DNA of 64,000 nt from Paramecium tetraurelia (Eukaryota): NCBI GenBank assembly GCA_000165425.1, contig CT868649.1:62001-126000 (forward strand), written 5' to 3'. The notes beneath the pieces are model-generated. The model made no database searches, was not told the DNA's origin, and was given only the letters and a program-made list of their open reading frames with translations. The stretch's first letter is position 1. Each line of letters starts with the position of its first letter. Below, piece by piece: positions 25,240-39,187 of this stretch. The translations under genes were made by a program, and so were the position numbers.

Positions 25240-26485
25240 TCAAATAAATATAAGTTCAGGTAAATCAGCGCCTTTGGTTTCAACAGGACATGTCGGACAT
25301 TTAAATTTTTATTTGTTTGCGATCATTTTATGCGCTGATAATTTAGAAATGACATGGCCACACTTTAACAACACTGGAGGATTATCAGTATTTGTGACTT
25401 CTCTAGAAACAGGACATACAAAGAATGAATGATATTTATAATCCTTTCCAATTTCAATATCTATAGGGATATCATTTGTAAGAACTTCAGAAGATCTATC
25501 TTTTTTATTATTTCTAATATAATACTTCTTGTGATTTAGTTATATTTAATTAATTTAGGCATTGCTAAACAGCCAGCTGAAAACACAGTTCTAATTTCTG
25601 ATTTAATCAGAATATCTAGAATCATTTTTTTAAATACTTTAAGATTTCGAAGCGACTTCTAAAAATAGATTCAGAATTCTAGGCCAATTTCTTTCATCAT
25701 CATATAAATAATAGTATTTTGTATTTTCTAGATTTGGCCATAAAAGAACTGAATATGTAATTAGGCAAATTTCGTATAATCTACCTTGAGCTTATTCTTA
25801 AAATGAATCACTATTTCTCATAAAATTAACCGCTGCATTAATACCTTCAGTTTATACTAATTATATGACCTAGAAGCATAAAATATAGAAATACTCTTTA
25901 TTTCAACAGTTCATAAAGTAGATTACTAGGAGACCTTTTATGTCTTTTTTCTGCCCATAGGATAGCAGACTCTAGTTTCCTCTCTTTAAGATCCTTTACT
26001 ATGGTCTAGATTTCAGCAAAGAATTAATGAAAATGCGATTCTTCTGAACCTGATTCTTTAACTAATAGCTCATAGGCCTCAAACTCTCCATCTCTCAGAA
26101 GATGATTCTTGATTAGCTTAATTTATAATTGTAATTGTTTACTTCTGTCAACACTCTCGAATCCAATTCAACATGTTCTTGGCCATATTATAAATTTTTT
26201 TTAAATAATTTATCCATGTTTTTACCCATCTTCGAAAAATAAGCATAGCATTCATTATATGTTTATTTAATTTTTGTTAATGGTTTTTAATTCTTTCTTA
26301 ATCAATATCAATACTTGTAATTTGTCTTTTAATTAAGAGAAGTCATTGTTTATTTTTGCCTCTTCAATTTCTGCTATGATTTGATCTAACTAACCATTTA
26401 TTATTTTATTGGAAATCCTAGTTTTTTTTTTTATTCTCTCCAAGTCCTTTAACAAAGAGCTCCCTTCTTGTTGTGTGGAATTCAT
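25240..26485 (-). CDS. RMND5: CTLH/GID complex RING subunit RMND5/Gid2
   Basis: YHSFFVCPVSRE, NPPVLLKCGHVIS, KFKCPTCP; LisH-like IKNHLLRDGEFE. Confidence 0.9.
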
Positions 26486-26835
26486 AAATAATAAAAACTA
26501 AAATCAATTATACTATAATTATTAATTTTTATAATTTTCATTAAACCTTAACATTTCAATATATCTCTTTTATAATTTAAAGTTTCACTATAATTTTATA
26601 ATAACCAATTTAGTTTAACTATTAGTATAGTATCAAATAGATAATTAATTAATGATTCTAATGTGGTGATTATATAAATTCGTATAGTAATAAGGGAATT
26701 AAAATTTTACTTATAAAACTATCTAATCATAGAGAACTTCTAATGAATGTATAAAAAGATTGAAATTTAAGAGCTCTTATTTAATAATTTGAGTAAAATA
26801 ATTGATATATTAACTTTAAATTTTACACCAATATA

Positions 26836-27603
26836 ATGAGAACAAGCTTAGCTCTTCGTTTAAGAAATTCCATTGATAATACTCAAATATATCGTGATAG
26901 CAAATACTCAGTGCATGTAAATACTTAAGATCCTGTCCTAAGTCCTAGAAAGTCTGTTGATAAAACTACCATTCATTAGATATATAAAATAACTTAACCA
27001 CTTCAAATCAAAAATAAAACAATAAAATTCAACAGGGATGTCAGTGGATATAACATTAACTACAACAGTTCAGTTGATGTAAGTATGGAAGAATTGAAGA
27101 AAATAAAAACATTAGAAAAAAGTTTATATTACATTTAAGAGAATCGATAAATGGCGGATAATAAAATCTATATTGGAAAAGTTCTTAAAGAGGTTCTGTA
27201 AATATTATAACTATTCTTTTAGAACCCTATTTAGAATAGCTCTAATTTAGAAAAATAACCCAAAAGATATTCTCTTCCCGTTTTGACCAAGAAATAATCA
27301 CCTCAGCATAATAACTCTGATAAAATCAAAGTACCTATGTTGCCAGTGATTGCTGAAAATGCAAATGCAAATGCAAAATAAAATAACTTTAGTATCGAAA
27401 AATGTTTAGAGGACCTTAACAAAATAAAAAGCGGTGGACACAAAGAGCATCCCAAATCAACAGAAAGAATTTTAGACTTATTATTACTTAACACTTGTGA
27501 TCTAAAAAAGATTTTTAGAAATTAGAACCAAAAGAACAAAAGAAAAATAATTGTGTAAAGTAAAGTGCCATAAGACTTTTTCAATATCTTAAAAAACTTC
27601 TGA
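26836..27603 (+). CDS. Hypothetical protein
   Basis: MRTSLALRLRNSID...ILDLLLLNTCDLKKIF...; one ~30-nt intron; TGA at 27601-27603. Confidence 0.7.
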
Positions 27604-27631
27604 TTATAATTTAAGCATATATCAATAATTA

Positions 27632-29100
27632 TCAATTATAACTTATGCTCCAAATTTCTAATCTCTCTATTATAAATTTGTTATTTTTTGACAGCACTTC
27701 GTTATCAAATGTTTCACAATGACAGCTATATCCATTAGATATATCGGAATTAACAAATAAACCATATTTATCTCCACAGCCTACAGCTAATCCATCAGTA
27801 TCACATAGTGTAATATAGTTATTTATATGAGTCCATTTATAAACCGCTATATCTGAACTGTTTTTGAAAGTGAAGAGAAAAGATTCACCATTTCCATAAA
27901 ATTTTCCATAACTATTCTTGATTCCATCAGATAGATATGCTCCAAATAAATAGGAGTCTAAATCCCTTACCAAAACAACTGATGGAAGTTTATTTTCAGT
28001 TCTTCTCATTAGAGTTAAAATTGACGAACCATGTTGAATAGAGGAATAAATACACTACCATTTTTAACCTTTAAATAGAAAAGGTAAATGGGAAGAAATA
28101 CTTATGAATTTGTCTCTTGTTATAATTTCTGATTTGGATTCCAGTTATGTTAATTAAGAATCCCTACAGATGACCTCTAAATATAAAAAATCTCTATACA
28201 TTTTGGTTGTTCTATATTTTATATTTATATTTATCCATTCATTTCAAAATGATATGGAATGATTGTTTTTTAATCATAATAGTCTGTTGTGCTTTAACTA
28301 ATTTAGCTTTCCATTCCTGAATTATTGCAATACTCTTGCAATTTCTGATTAATTAAATTTAAAAATTCATCGATACGATTATCTTCCAGTAATTTCAAAA
28401 CAACAATCTTTTATTTCTTTGTTTAAGCAATAATAGTGATAACATTATTTTTGTTTAATGCAACATTCTTTTGAAAAAACTATGATAATTCTTATTATTC
28501 TACTAAAACTATATGTTTCAGTAGAATTTAAAGGTGCAAATTGTCAATATCTCTAATTTAAGCATGGAGTATTATTTCATCATTCTACCTGCAATGTTTT
28601 TCAGGCTCAAATGACACAAATGATGATGTTATCGTAAATGAGCCTTTAATAGCTCCAATTTGAGTTATGTAAAGGGCTGAGTAATTAGAGGGTTCTTCTT
28701 TGCTCGGATTCTATTCTAAAGGATTCTCCAGAGCATGTTTTATAGGTATCTTTAATGTCATTCCAGGATATATAGAATTTTCAGATAAATTGTTTAATCT
28801 TAAAATTTAGATCGCACTAATCAATATGAATTCAGAAAATTACCTAATTTCAAATTTCAGCTCCAGCCCGAAAATAGAATCATTCATCTCCACTTTATAA
28901 TAAATAAAGTTCTCTTATTAAGGTTGGTAATTATCTAAATATTCTTTTGGTAAATTTGTAGGATTCCCTTCCATTTCAACTTACTTAATGTCTAACTCAT
29001 ACTCAGGACAATCTTTTCCAGCATATTCAATATTAATGATGTCATAATCAGCAGAATCGGAATTTGACTAATTTCTAGCTGCGATTTAATAAAAGTCCAT
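27632..29100 (-). CDS. OXR1: LysM + TLDc oxidation-resistance protein (OXR1/NCOA7-like)
   Basis: LysM YKVEMNDSIFGL...ILRLNNL...IYPGMTLKIP; TLDc YSSIQHGSS, FGAY, FYGNGESFLF, CETFDNEVL, LEIW. Confidence 0.9.
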
Positions 29101-29118
29101 AATTTTTAATATTATATA

Positions 29119-29371
29119 TCATTTTTGGGCTAATTCTTATTTCAATTAAATTGAAAATTCATCTGTCAAATCTTCATCATCCCAATCCTCTCTCCATTAC
29201 TTAATATCAATTTTCAAATCATGATTCACTTCCAAATCTATAATTTTTCATACACAGATAGCTACCCTCTTATTCGAATTCTTCAAAATCGTCATCATCT
29301 TCATCAAAAATTTTTTGTACTTGTTGTGGTTGTTAAGCAGGCCCTTTCTCTTCTTCTATTTTATTTGACAT
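29119..29371 (-). CDS. SEM1: SEM1/DSS1 proteasome lid subunit
   Basis: DEDDDDFEEFE...WREDWDDEDLTDEFSIQLKQEL; one tiny intron. Confidence 0.93.
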
Positions 29372-29624
29372 TTTATTTAAAAAAATTAATTAAATAATTA
29401 TACTAATCAGAGAAATAATAAATAAAATAAATCCATAACAAAAATAACTAGAGGTTTGATTTATTGTTATATTTATACTTTTAAATATATGTATCTAATA
29501 ATAATAAACTTAATAGCAATAACTTAAAACCAACTATTATTATTAATACCTAAATATTTATTATACTTAATTCTACTTATTCAGGGTATATATAAATAAC
29601 AATTTCAAACACTTAATCGTTTCT

Positions 29625-30858
29625 TCATAATTAAATCATCTAAACAATTTAATTAAGTTAAATTTTAGGCAAAATCAAATTATCAATTTATGCTGTATAT
29701 GCTTCAATTGCAGCAGCTATTATCCACAATTATATATTTCCATTCAAGAAATAATTTGCTAAAGAGCATCCAATTATAAAACTTAATGTTCCTTCAATTG
29801 ATCTTTAATTTTGGTATTTTAGTTTTCCAAATTTAGATCCAATAATAGCAGCAAATGAATCTCCTACTCCTAAAATTATAATTCTATTTAATTCATATTA
29901 AAATATACCCAATAAATTTATTTGTGCTACTAAAAAATACTGAATGTGACACACCCATCAATAAATATATTTGAGTTATTATTAATTGTTCTGAATCTCT
30001 TTTGTCACAAAATGATAGCAAATATTTAGAATACTTGTTGAGAATCTCAATATCATTTCTATAATATTGTCTTAATCCCTCAAAGACAATGAAAAACCAA
30101 ATAAATACTGCCAGGGCCAATTTAGTGTAATTACTATTCAAATAAATTCCTAAAAAAATAATCAAAAATATCTAGAAATGAAATAGTTTTCTTTAAATAA
30201 TTTTCTGCAAATTTAGATAACTTATTGGAATGACCAACATAAGTCCAAGAAATTATAAAAAGAAGTATTTCCCAAATTCATATGTAAATATCTCATTTAT
30301 TAAAATTGCTAAACTATGTCCTCGATATTATAGGTAATAGTAGATTGAAAAGAAGTTTATTTTAAAAATTGCTATGAATGTAAACCAAAATGCGAGTTCT
30401 TTTATGGGGACTTGATGGATGAGTACAATCAATATAAAAGATAATATTGATAACATTAAAACTAACTCTGATAAGTATTCAAACATATGTTATCCATTAA
30501 ACTAATAGTATTCTACTATATATTAAGATAATGCATATGATTCGCAAAATGTTAGCATTTTTGGATATTATTACACCAATACATGCATAAATAATATGCT
30601 TATGAATTCTCTCAAAATTAGATGTGGCTAAGGATACATTATGAAAAAGCCAAATGTTATAAGTATCTATTGGATTCCCAAATTGAACTTTGTTTTCTTA
30701 TTAATATTTTGCAGTGGATTACTCCTGTAAAATTAGTGATCCGCTTTATAAGCAAAATATAGCATTAAACTTCTGTATAAGATTAGTTTATAGGAAGGAT
30801 TTAGGATAAGAAATAGTATTTCCAAAATTCCTTAGGAATAAACTAATTAAAAGTTCAT
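29625..30858 (-). CDS. DOLK: Dolichol kinase (Sec59 family)
   Basis: RKLFHF, FCDKRD, IYLLMG, LGVGDSFAAIIGSKFG, RSIEGT, EAYTAQIDNLILP. Confidence 0.9.
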
Positions 30859-30876
30859 AATTAAAAAATTAAATAA

Positions 30877-31083
30877 ATGAATATTAACGAAAAAATTGAA
30901 AGACTATAGAAAGAAATAAGCGATTTGAAACTAAAAAAGAAATACCAAGAGTTACCAGAAGATGCCAATAGCTTGTTTTATAACACTCAAAAATATTTGT
31001 TTTTTAAAAAGCAACAAATTAAACCAATTACACAAAAACCATCTAATAAGGGGTTTTCTCTATCAAAAGCTGTTTTTGGATGA
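30877..31083 (+). CDS. Small 68-aa protein
   Basis: MNINEKIERLQKEISDLKLKKEY...GFSLSKAVFG*, filling the gap between two genes. Confidence 0.6.
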
Positions 31084-31227
31084 TTTCTATTTATTTATTG
31101 AATTAATCATATTTATTTTCTTTTCATCATCAACTTGATTATAAACATTATTATTAGTTTATTCAAAATAATTCTTTTTACAAGTAGATATATTTATGAT
31201 TATATTCTTGCACAAATTTGATATATA

Positions 31228-33786
31228 TCAATCGAAATCTTTATATTCTGGATCTCCTTTTTTATATTCGTTAGAAAAATTAATTTCAATATTCTGTTTA
31301 CATGCTTAACTGGCCTCAGTGATCTCTTTCAATAACTATAAATATATTTCAATTCAACTTACTTATTCCTCTGTTAATACTTCTTCCTATTATATTATTG
31401 TTTATTATTATTCAAGAGATTTTTTATATTAATTGTATGATCTTTCAATCACACTCCAAAGCATCATAACCAACATACTACCAAACATAACAGCAATTTC
31501 TGGACCAATAGATTTTCTTAATAATTCTTCGACGTTTGCTCTAAATATGAAAATAATATGTACTAAATAACCAATTTGTAATCATCAAGACCATGAACCA
31601 ATCCTTCTGATACTTCATATGTAGTTTCTCCAATCATTTTATAAAATTGACTTACCATAGCATCACTAAATTTTTCAACACTATTTGTATAGTCTTTTTC
31701 AATAATCATAAAAAATTATTTTATGTGCTTAACAAGAGCTTCAGAAGCTGTTATTCTTGGTTCGAATCCTTCAATTACTAAATGTTGTTGATTTCCTTTA
31801 GGAACTACTGTAGATAAAAATGAATTTGCAAGTTTTTCGATTAATTCAATTTTTCCTTCAAATTTTCCAATTAAATTATGTAGATTCTCCTTGATGTTTC
31901 CTTGCAATCCATCTAAGAATGAATAATTGCCTGAGACCTAAGCAGCCATTACGTCTCCTACTTTGACTTAAGAAAATATTTATAAAATTTCTATCTCACC
32001 ATCTTCCATTTTATTTGCATAATTTTGCATCATGAGTTCCTATAAAGTCATTGTAAAGAAATTAGCGCCTCCTTATTAACCTCCAAAGCCAAGATTTCCA
32101 AGTAAACCTGACATCATTGATTAGGCTTATTGAGGATTGGGTTAATTATTCTGTGACTATTAATGTTATTATTCGTTTGCTTATGGCTATTATTATTGTT
32201 ATGGAGATTAGAATTACTATTGGGGTTAATATTATTATTATTCTAAATTTATCAAATTGCTTTATAATAAAAAAATAAATACTTGACTAAATTATTGATA
32301 GCATTTAAAGGATTGTTATTTTATTATTGATCTCCTTCTTAATTTGATTCTAATTCACTCCCCGCATCAATTTCCAAAACTTAGGCATCAATAATAATTT
32401 AATCTCCCTGTTATTCTACTTATATCTATTGTGAATTATTTTATTATATGTTTGGATTTTGTGAAAATTAATTTAATAGTTGTCCTAAAGAGCTTAATAA
32501 GTTTTATTAAGTTTATTATTATGGTTATTATGGTTGTTATTATTATTATTATTATTATTATTGTTATTATTATTATTATTACTATTGATTTTATTATTAT
32601 TAAGTTTATTGTTATTATGGATTTCTAGTTATATGGGAATGTTATATATTGATAATTCCATGATTATGGTGAGGATTTTATAATAATTATGAAGGGACTT
32701 ATAGTGAAAATTAGCCTGGAGCATTTCCAAGATCTATATATCTAAGTAGAGCAGAAAACAAATCTCCAGTCATTTTATTCATTGCCTGCATGATAGTTGA
32801 GGAGTCTCTAGTTAATTACATTGTTTCTCTTCTTTCATTTTCAGAAGTCAAAAAGGGTTCCCTCATTAACAGGTCTGATACTCTTTGCAATATTGGTAGA
32901 GTTCTCTAAATAAGAAAACATAATTAATGAAGATAATGACCTAAAACAGTAACATTGTTTCTATGTTCAGTCATCTATGGTAATTAGAATTGTAATCCAA
33001 GGAATTATGACTGATAAAAATTACCTAAAAAGTTATTCAATTATTAAATTTATTCTTAAGGAAGATGTATTCCAACCGCAGATTAGTTATTTGGTAAAAG
33101 AGTCACTTATTAAAATTATGGTTAACTTTATTATTGTGCCGTTTATGGTTATTGTCTAGGGTCAGGCTAATTTGGCTAAGTTTGTTATTGTTATTATTAA
33201 GATTATTATTATTATGATGATTATGATTATTATTATTATGTTTGTTGAGTTGGTTGAGCTTATTATTATTATTATTATTATGAAGACCTTGTCATTTGTG
33301 GACCAAACATTTGTAGAATATTAGCTAAATCTGGGGGCATAAAGGGCTAACCATCTAATAGAGATATAAATAATTGACTTACCTCCTGCTCCAATATGTA
33401 TTTATGTAGTTGTTTGTATGCCAGGCATAAATTACATCCTCTATTATTACTATTAAGTTTAATTTTAATTTGGTTATTGTTGAGGTTATTGGGGATTAGT
33501 AATGGCCATCAAATGAATTGTTTGATCATCCTCCTTAACTAATGCATAGATATTGTTAAATACTTATTTCATTTAATTTTTGATTATCTAGAAGAGCCTT
33601 TCCCAAAAAGATCAATCTTTGTCTATCTATTGGAACTTAAGATTTAGTAAAAATTTCTTTTTTTAAGTCTGCGATCGAAATCTAAGTTTATTTTAATATT
33701 TGTAATACTTCTTGTGGCACTTCAAGCTCAAACACTTATTGAGAAATGGTTTTGACTTTTAATTTTCTCTTCTAATTAATATCCAT
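31228..33786 (-). CDS. Ubiquitin-like domain protein with poly-Q tracts, BAG6/Scythe-like
   Basis: LKVKTISQQVFELEV...ISIADLKKEI...VPIDRQRLIFLGKALLD; Q/P-rich middle region; helical C-terminus. Confidence 0.8.
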
Positions 33787-33918
33787 ATTTCTATATAATA
33801 ATTTTAATAATAGGTATTTTGTAAATTAAAATTCAAAGAAAGCCTAAGTGTTAATATATATAGAATTATATTTAATCATCTATAGATACAAACTGTAAAT
33901 TCAATTAGAATTGTTTCA

Positions 33919-34707
33919 TCATGAATACCTATTCTTCAAGACTTCTGATCTTGGTTAATGCTTATCATACGATGTGTCTACTCTAGCCGTATTAGAAAGT
34001 ATGTTCTTATTTTACTGTTGATTGATAGATTTAGCTACATATCTTTAATAATATTTTGGATTGTTTATTTCTTTCAAAGGCAATATCAATGAAGCCATTT
34101 ATTTGCTCACAGGAGAAATGTTCATCTTATGATGATGCTCATTTCTATTGCTCCAGTTCTAAGTATCTGTTTAGAGAGGCTTTATGGGAAGCTTCCTATA
34201 AGTAGTTCCAATCATGCATTCTTAAGGATCAATAAAATCATTTATTGATTTTTTCAATTCTCTTGTGTTAAGTTAAAAATAAGCTAAGTTTGGTAACCTG
34301 TCTTTTGCCATTTATAATGTATAGAACCAACATAAACTATTTGCAGAAGGTTAAACCTAATTCAACTTTTATAACAAATCGCTAGTTATGTATTGACTCA
34401 TTTTTTCAGGAATACCATTTAAAGTGATTTTAGAGTTGATGGGAAGCAAATCACAAAGTTTCATGAAATTTTCACAATTATCTTCATTCTAAAGTACAAT
34501 ACATAAAAATATGCAAGAAACCTTACGAAGAAGAAGGCTATTTTTTTCATTCAAATTCTTCAATATTTTCTATAAGTCTTCTTAATTGAAGGATTCGAAA
34601 ATTTAACGTTATATAGAAGGGTTGTTATTCATGTATTCAATCAATCTAAGCATTGACTCAATCAAAGAGTCCACATCTTATTCAGAATGCTTCTTTAAAT
34701 TCAGCAT
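33919..34707 (-). CDS. Hypothetical 262-aa protein
   Basis: Intronless frame MLNLKKHSEQDVDSLIESML...LCWFY...FIDPQECMIG...KNRYS*. Confidence 0.72.
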
Positions 34708-34812
34708 GTAGAAAATTAAATTTATTTATATAGTTTATTCATTAGTTAGTTAAGAATTTGCATAAACATATTAAAAAGAGTATTATGATAATGTTGATAA
34801 TATGATATAATT

Positions 34813-36663
34813 TCAATCTATACTAAAGTTTAAATTTTTTGAACTTATTTTAGGGAGTCTTTTAGAAGCTGAATTGCATCTCTAAGCTTAATAAGGATAA
34901 CCATGCTGTCTTTAACCAAGTAAATCTACTCCTAATATGCCTTGAACCTTCTTAACCTTTTATTACAATGACATTAGATCCTATTAAGGTCTTATATCCA
35001 ATAATTAAGCTAAGTAAAATTAATTATAATCATACTTTTTCCAACTACTAATAATGGATAACGATTTGATTCCTATAATTTTGAGTCACTGAATATCTCA
35101 TCCCCAGTTTTTTCTACTTTGTTTGTTTTTTCTAAAGTTGCATATGGACTTTTATCATAAGTTTTATTAGTCTCCCCATAATTTCGATCGACAGATGATA
35201 TTTAAGTTCTTTATTCTTTTGGATCTTATTTTTCTGTTATCAATTTCTCTACTCTTTCTGGACTTTTATTTGGAGATACATTTATTTGTTATGTTGAATT
35301 TGATTGTTCTGCAATTAAGATAACTTAGGAATAAGATTATGAATGCCTACGGGAGTCTTGAATAGTTTAATATTAATCATTCTCTGTAAGCTAGATTGAT
35401 TTATGTATTTAAGTATATATCTATGAAATATATCTAAATAAATTGTCAATGACTAATAACTAATCCTTTGTACTTTATTTCTAATTTTATTGAGGCATTC
35501 CATCCTTTTTTTGATATAACCTTTAATGAACCTATTAGCCTTTTAAAAAATTATTTAATTTTTCTTTAGTCTAATTACAAGCTTCGGCCTTATTATTTAT
35601 TTCCTATTCTAAAAAGGTTGTCTTTTCTTGAATGAGATTAAATTATTTTTCAAATTAGCTTGTAAGCTTTTCCATCATGTCTTAATCTTCTTATCTATAT
35701 TAGGTGAGCATTTTTTATTCTGAACTATTCAAACAAAATTGTATATAGCTATTCATTGAATCAAGCCCAGATTGAATTTAAGATTAAATATTTTCTTACT
35801 TCTATTGTATTTTATAGAACTCGCCTTGTATAGTTTATTCTAGTTAATCAAATTATTACTTCAATTATGTACTCTGAGTAGTTATTCTAAAATGATGAGG
35901 AAACATTACCCTTTAGTTTGCATTTAAACGGTTTCCTTAAATATTTAGTTTTTTTAAGAAATTTCATTGATCTATTAGGTGAACTACTTCTCAAATTCTA
36001 TTGTAGAATTTTTAGTAAGCATAATAGCACTTTAAAGCTCTTCAACTACCCTTTCTGACTTTCGAAGATAAGTTGAAAAGTTTTATATTTAGTAATATTA
36101 TTATTGAACTTTCTCATCAGTCCATTTTTGAATCTCTTCAATTTTTTGTTTTAGTAGATCATCAATTAATTTAATAGCCTTTTCGACCAATGTTTGTTGA
36201 AGCAATTGATTATTTATTAAATTGTTCTATATGGTACTTACTATAAATTTATCGTTGGCCTTTAATTCAAATTTTTTATCCAATTTATCTACTAATTAAT
36301 CCATCTACATAAATTTATTGAACATTTCTTCTCTCTTTTTAATTTCTTCCTCATGTTACAATAATTTTTACTCTTCAATTCCTTTTATTTTATTAATAAG
36401 ACTTGCTTCATGCTCCATAAAAATTTCTTCCACTCTTTAATCCAACTTCTCCTGGATAGTGTTTATGCTCTAACAATAGAATCATTATATACAGAAGTGT
36501 TCTGAGTTTATTGACTAATTATGTGATTTATCTTTTCGTTTAACGAAGCAATTTCATCTTTTGAATAAAGCATATATAAATTTGTATTTGTTGACAATTG
36601 CTTTAAATCAGTCTGAAGGTTATTAATTCTAATTTCTTAAGAAGCATTTTAAATAGCACTCAT
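34813..36663 (-). CDS. Coiled-coil protein
   Basis: MSAIQNASQEIRINNLQTDLKQL...; Q/E/K heptads; about three tiny introns; ends LNFSID*. Confidence 0.72.
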
Positions 36664-37081
36664 AAGTTTAATCAATATTATTTATGAATTATAAACTTAA
36701 TTCGATAAAATATATTAAAGTATCAAAAATATCGTATTAAAAAAAAATAAATTAGCTAATTTAAATGTATTTTCTAATTAATGGTATATTGATATTATGA
36801 ATTATTAAAGTGAAATATTCATAACATGAATGGTTCCTAAAAATAATGGAAAGTATTAATCTTAGGAATCAATAAAACAATCTAATTCTATTTTTACACA
36901 TTATATTGTTCAGATAACTATTAAAAAAGTAATTTCAATGTTTTTAATTCATTTATAATTTTATTTATTAATAAATCTGATTTAACAGTCTGAGTTATTT
37001 TTATGAAAGTCTTAGGAAATTGAATTTGTAAGAGGCAAAAAATAATACTCTAATAAATTATAGATAAATTATAATCTGTTA

Positions 37082-37582
37082 TCATTTAATCCTATTTTGG
37101 GTCTTATTCTTAAGTTACTTTTTATCGGAACTTACACTTATATTTGATCCCTGTTAGATAGAAATAATCTGAGCTTCTTTCAAGTTTTTGGCTTTTCCTC
37201 CATATATGTTGCGTTCTTTTTCTGAATTTTTATATTAGTGTGCATTATTATAATTTTCATCACTTTTAATGTTAGATACATTAATAGTTTCAAGAGCATA
37301 GGTCTTCTTTATCCAAGGTTTAGATTATGAGCCATCAATTTCTTCTGATTATTGAGCAATGTAGGAAAATTATTGATCATTTATAGGATTGTTTGGTTGT
37401 TCTAAAGTTTCAATTTCTATTGATTCCTCCTTCTCAATTTGTTCATCAAATATTAAGATTTTTACTATAGGGGTAGGTTTGAATAAATGAGGAGGACCGT
37501 TTAATTTATATTGTTTGTTGGTTATTAATTTCAGTTCGTCTCTTGATTTTTAAGACGCTTGAAAACAAAAAGATGACCCCAT
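37082..37582 (-). CDS. Hypothetical 166-aa protein with possible N-terminal acylation motif
   Basis: MGSSFCFQASQK...NKTQNRIK*; intronless. Confidence 0.68.
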
Positions 37583-37954
37583 AATTGGAAAAGTTTATTA
37601 AATTAATTTAAAACCAATGAAAATACTAAATACTTAATGATTGAGAACATCAAGTATCAAAAAAGAATGATACAATTATATTCATAAGTACTTTAACCTG
37701 AAATTTCATAAAAATGGACAAAATACATAAATTGATAAAATTAATATCGAAAGTGCTGATACCTTAACAGTAAAAGAACTAGGTAAAGAAAGAAATAATT
37801 TCAACTAATAGATTGTTGCTTAGGATGATAGAACAATGATTAATGATCGAAATCCAAACTCTTAAGAATTATTAATTGGTAATAAGAATTAAATATCTGA
37901 ATTGGATATCAAGGAGATATTAAAAAATAATTATCATCTAATAGGTTAAGTTTA

Positions 37955-39100
37955 TCAAACATATAGCAGTTAATGTTTTTCTATAAATATTGCGCCAACA
38001 TTATTTGCAAACCTATTATCAATTCCATCCAGACCTTATCCCCAGTCATACCCAGTGGCATAGGCCAAAAAATAACCATCTGGAGACACTTGACTAGCAA
38101 TAACGGGAGCATCAAATGGGATGGTGGTAATTTTGTTTTTCTTTTTTAAATCCCAAAAAATTATTGTACTGTCCGAAGAACTTGTGCTAACCCAATCATA
38201 AGATCGACTGTTAAATTGAAATGAATTAACAGCGTAATATGTATTAATTTTTTCTGTTTTAAATGACGTTTTTAAATCTTCTTCTCTTTTGTGACACTTA
38301 TATACAATTCTATTTAAGGCTTCTAATCTATCAGTCAATTCTACCACCGCTCCTCTTCCATCAACTGAGCAATATCCCATTTACTTTGAATTATGGGAAA
38401 TAGCTAATGCACTAATTTATGATCGATTCCCCAATTTAGAATCTTCTATTTCGAAAATATTTCTAGATACAGTGCTATTTAAAGAGCCTCGAATTTTATC
38501 CCATGAAAACCATTTGATTTTGCAATCCACATCAGCATAAGCGAACATCCTTTCATTTTGATCCTGTTCACCTACTGTAGGAATACTAGTTAAATTTAGT
38601 TCATAAATAGGAGATGGCTTCATTCCCATAGTATTCTACTTAAGCGACCATAATCTTAACTTCTTATCAAAACCCAAAGAAACCAATGCTTACAAGTCAT
38701 CATTCCAAAATACTTATCTTGCTGGGCAATCATCATGATATCCCAAGATTATATTCTGACCTGTTTTTATATCGTACACCCTAACTGTATTATCAGCCAA
38801 AGCCGCAAATATCATTGTCATGTCTCTTTTCCAACTAATTGAAAGTACTCTAGATATAAGATTATGGACTTACGGTTCTTAGCAATCAATTACGCTTTTA
38901 AAGTCAAGAGCTATTTAAGTCTGAATGCCATGTTGACTAAGAATTGAATAGAAGCGTATATAGCCATCCCATGCTCCAGTAGCAAATATATCATTATTTC
39001 CGAATCTAATTTCTGAGACTGAATCCATTAAATTATCATTTGTAATTCTTGGAGTCTTATAATAATTATTAGTTGTGATTACTTGTATTGTATGCATCAT
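37955..39100 (-). CDS. RAE1: RAE1/BUB3-family WD40 protein (RAE1-like)
   Basis: DSVSEIRF, GAWDGYIR, SVDGR, YKCHK, YAVN, SDSTIIFWD, LAYATGYDWGQG. Confidence 0.88.
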
Positions 39101-39187
39101 TGTTCTTGTATATTTCACTAAATTTATAGCAAAAATATATTAATTTGTAAATTAAAATAAAAAACTCTTTTCATGGTAAAAATTCAG

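Noticed and set aside
32480..33290. (TAT/TTA)n microsatellite-like tracts and the Ile-rich ORFs in the track
   Set aside because: They are the antisense of poly-Gln runs encoded by TAA/CAA in the BAG6-like gene
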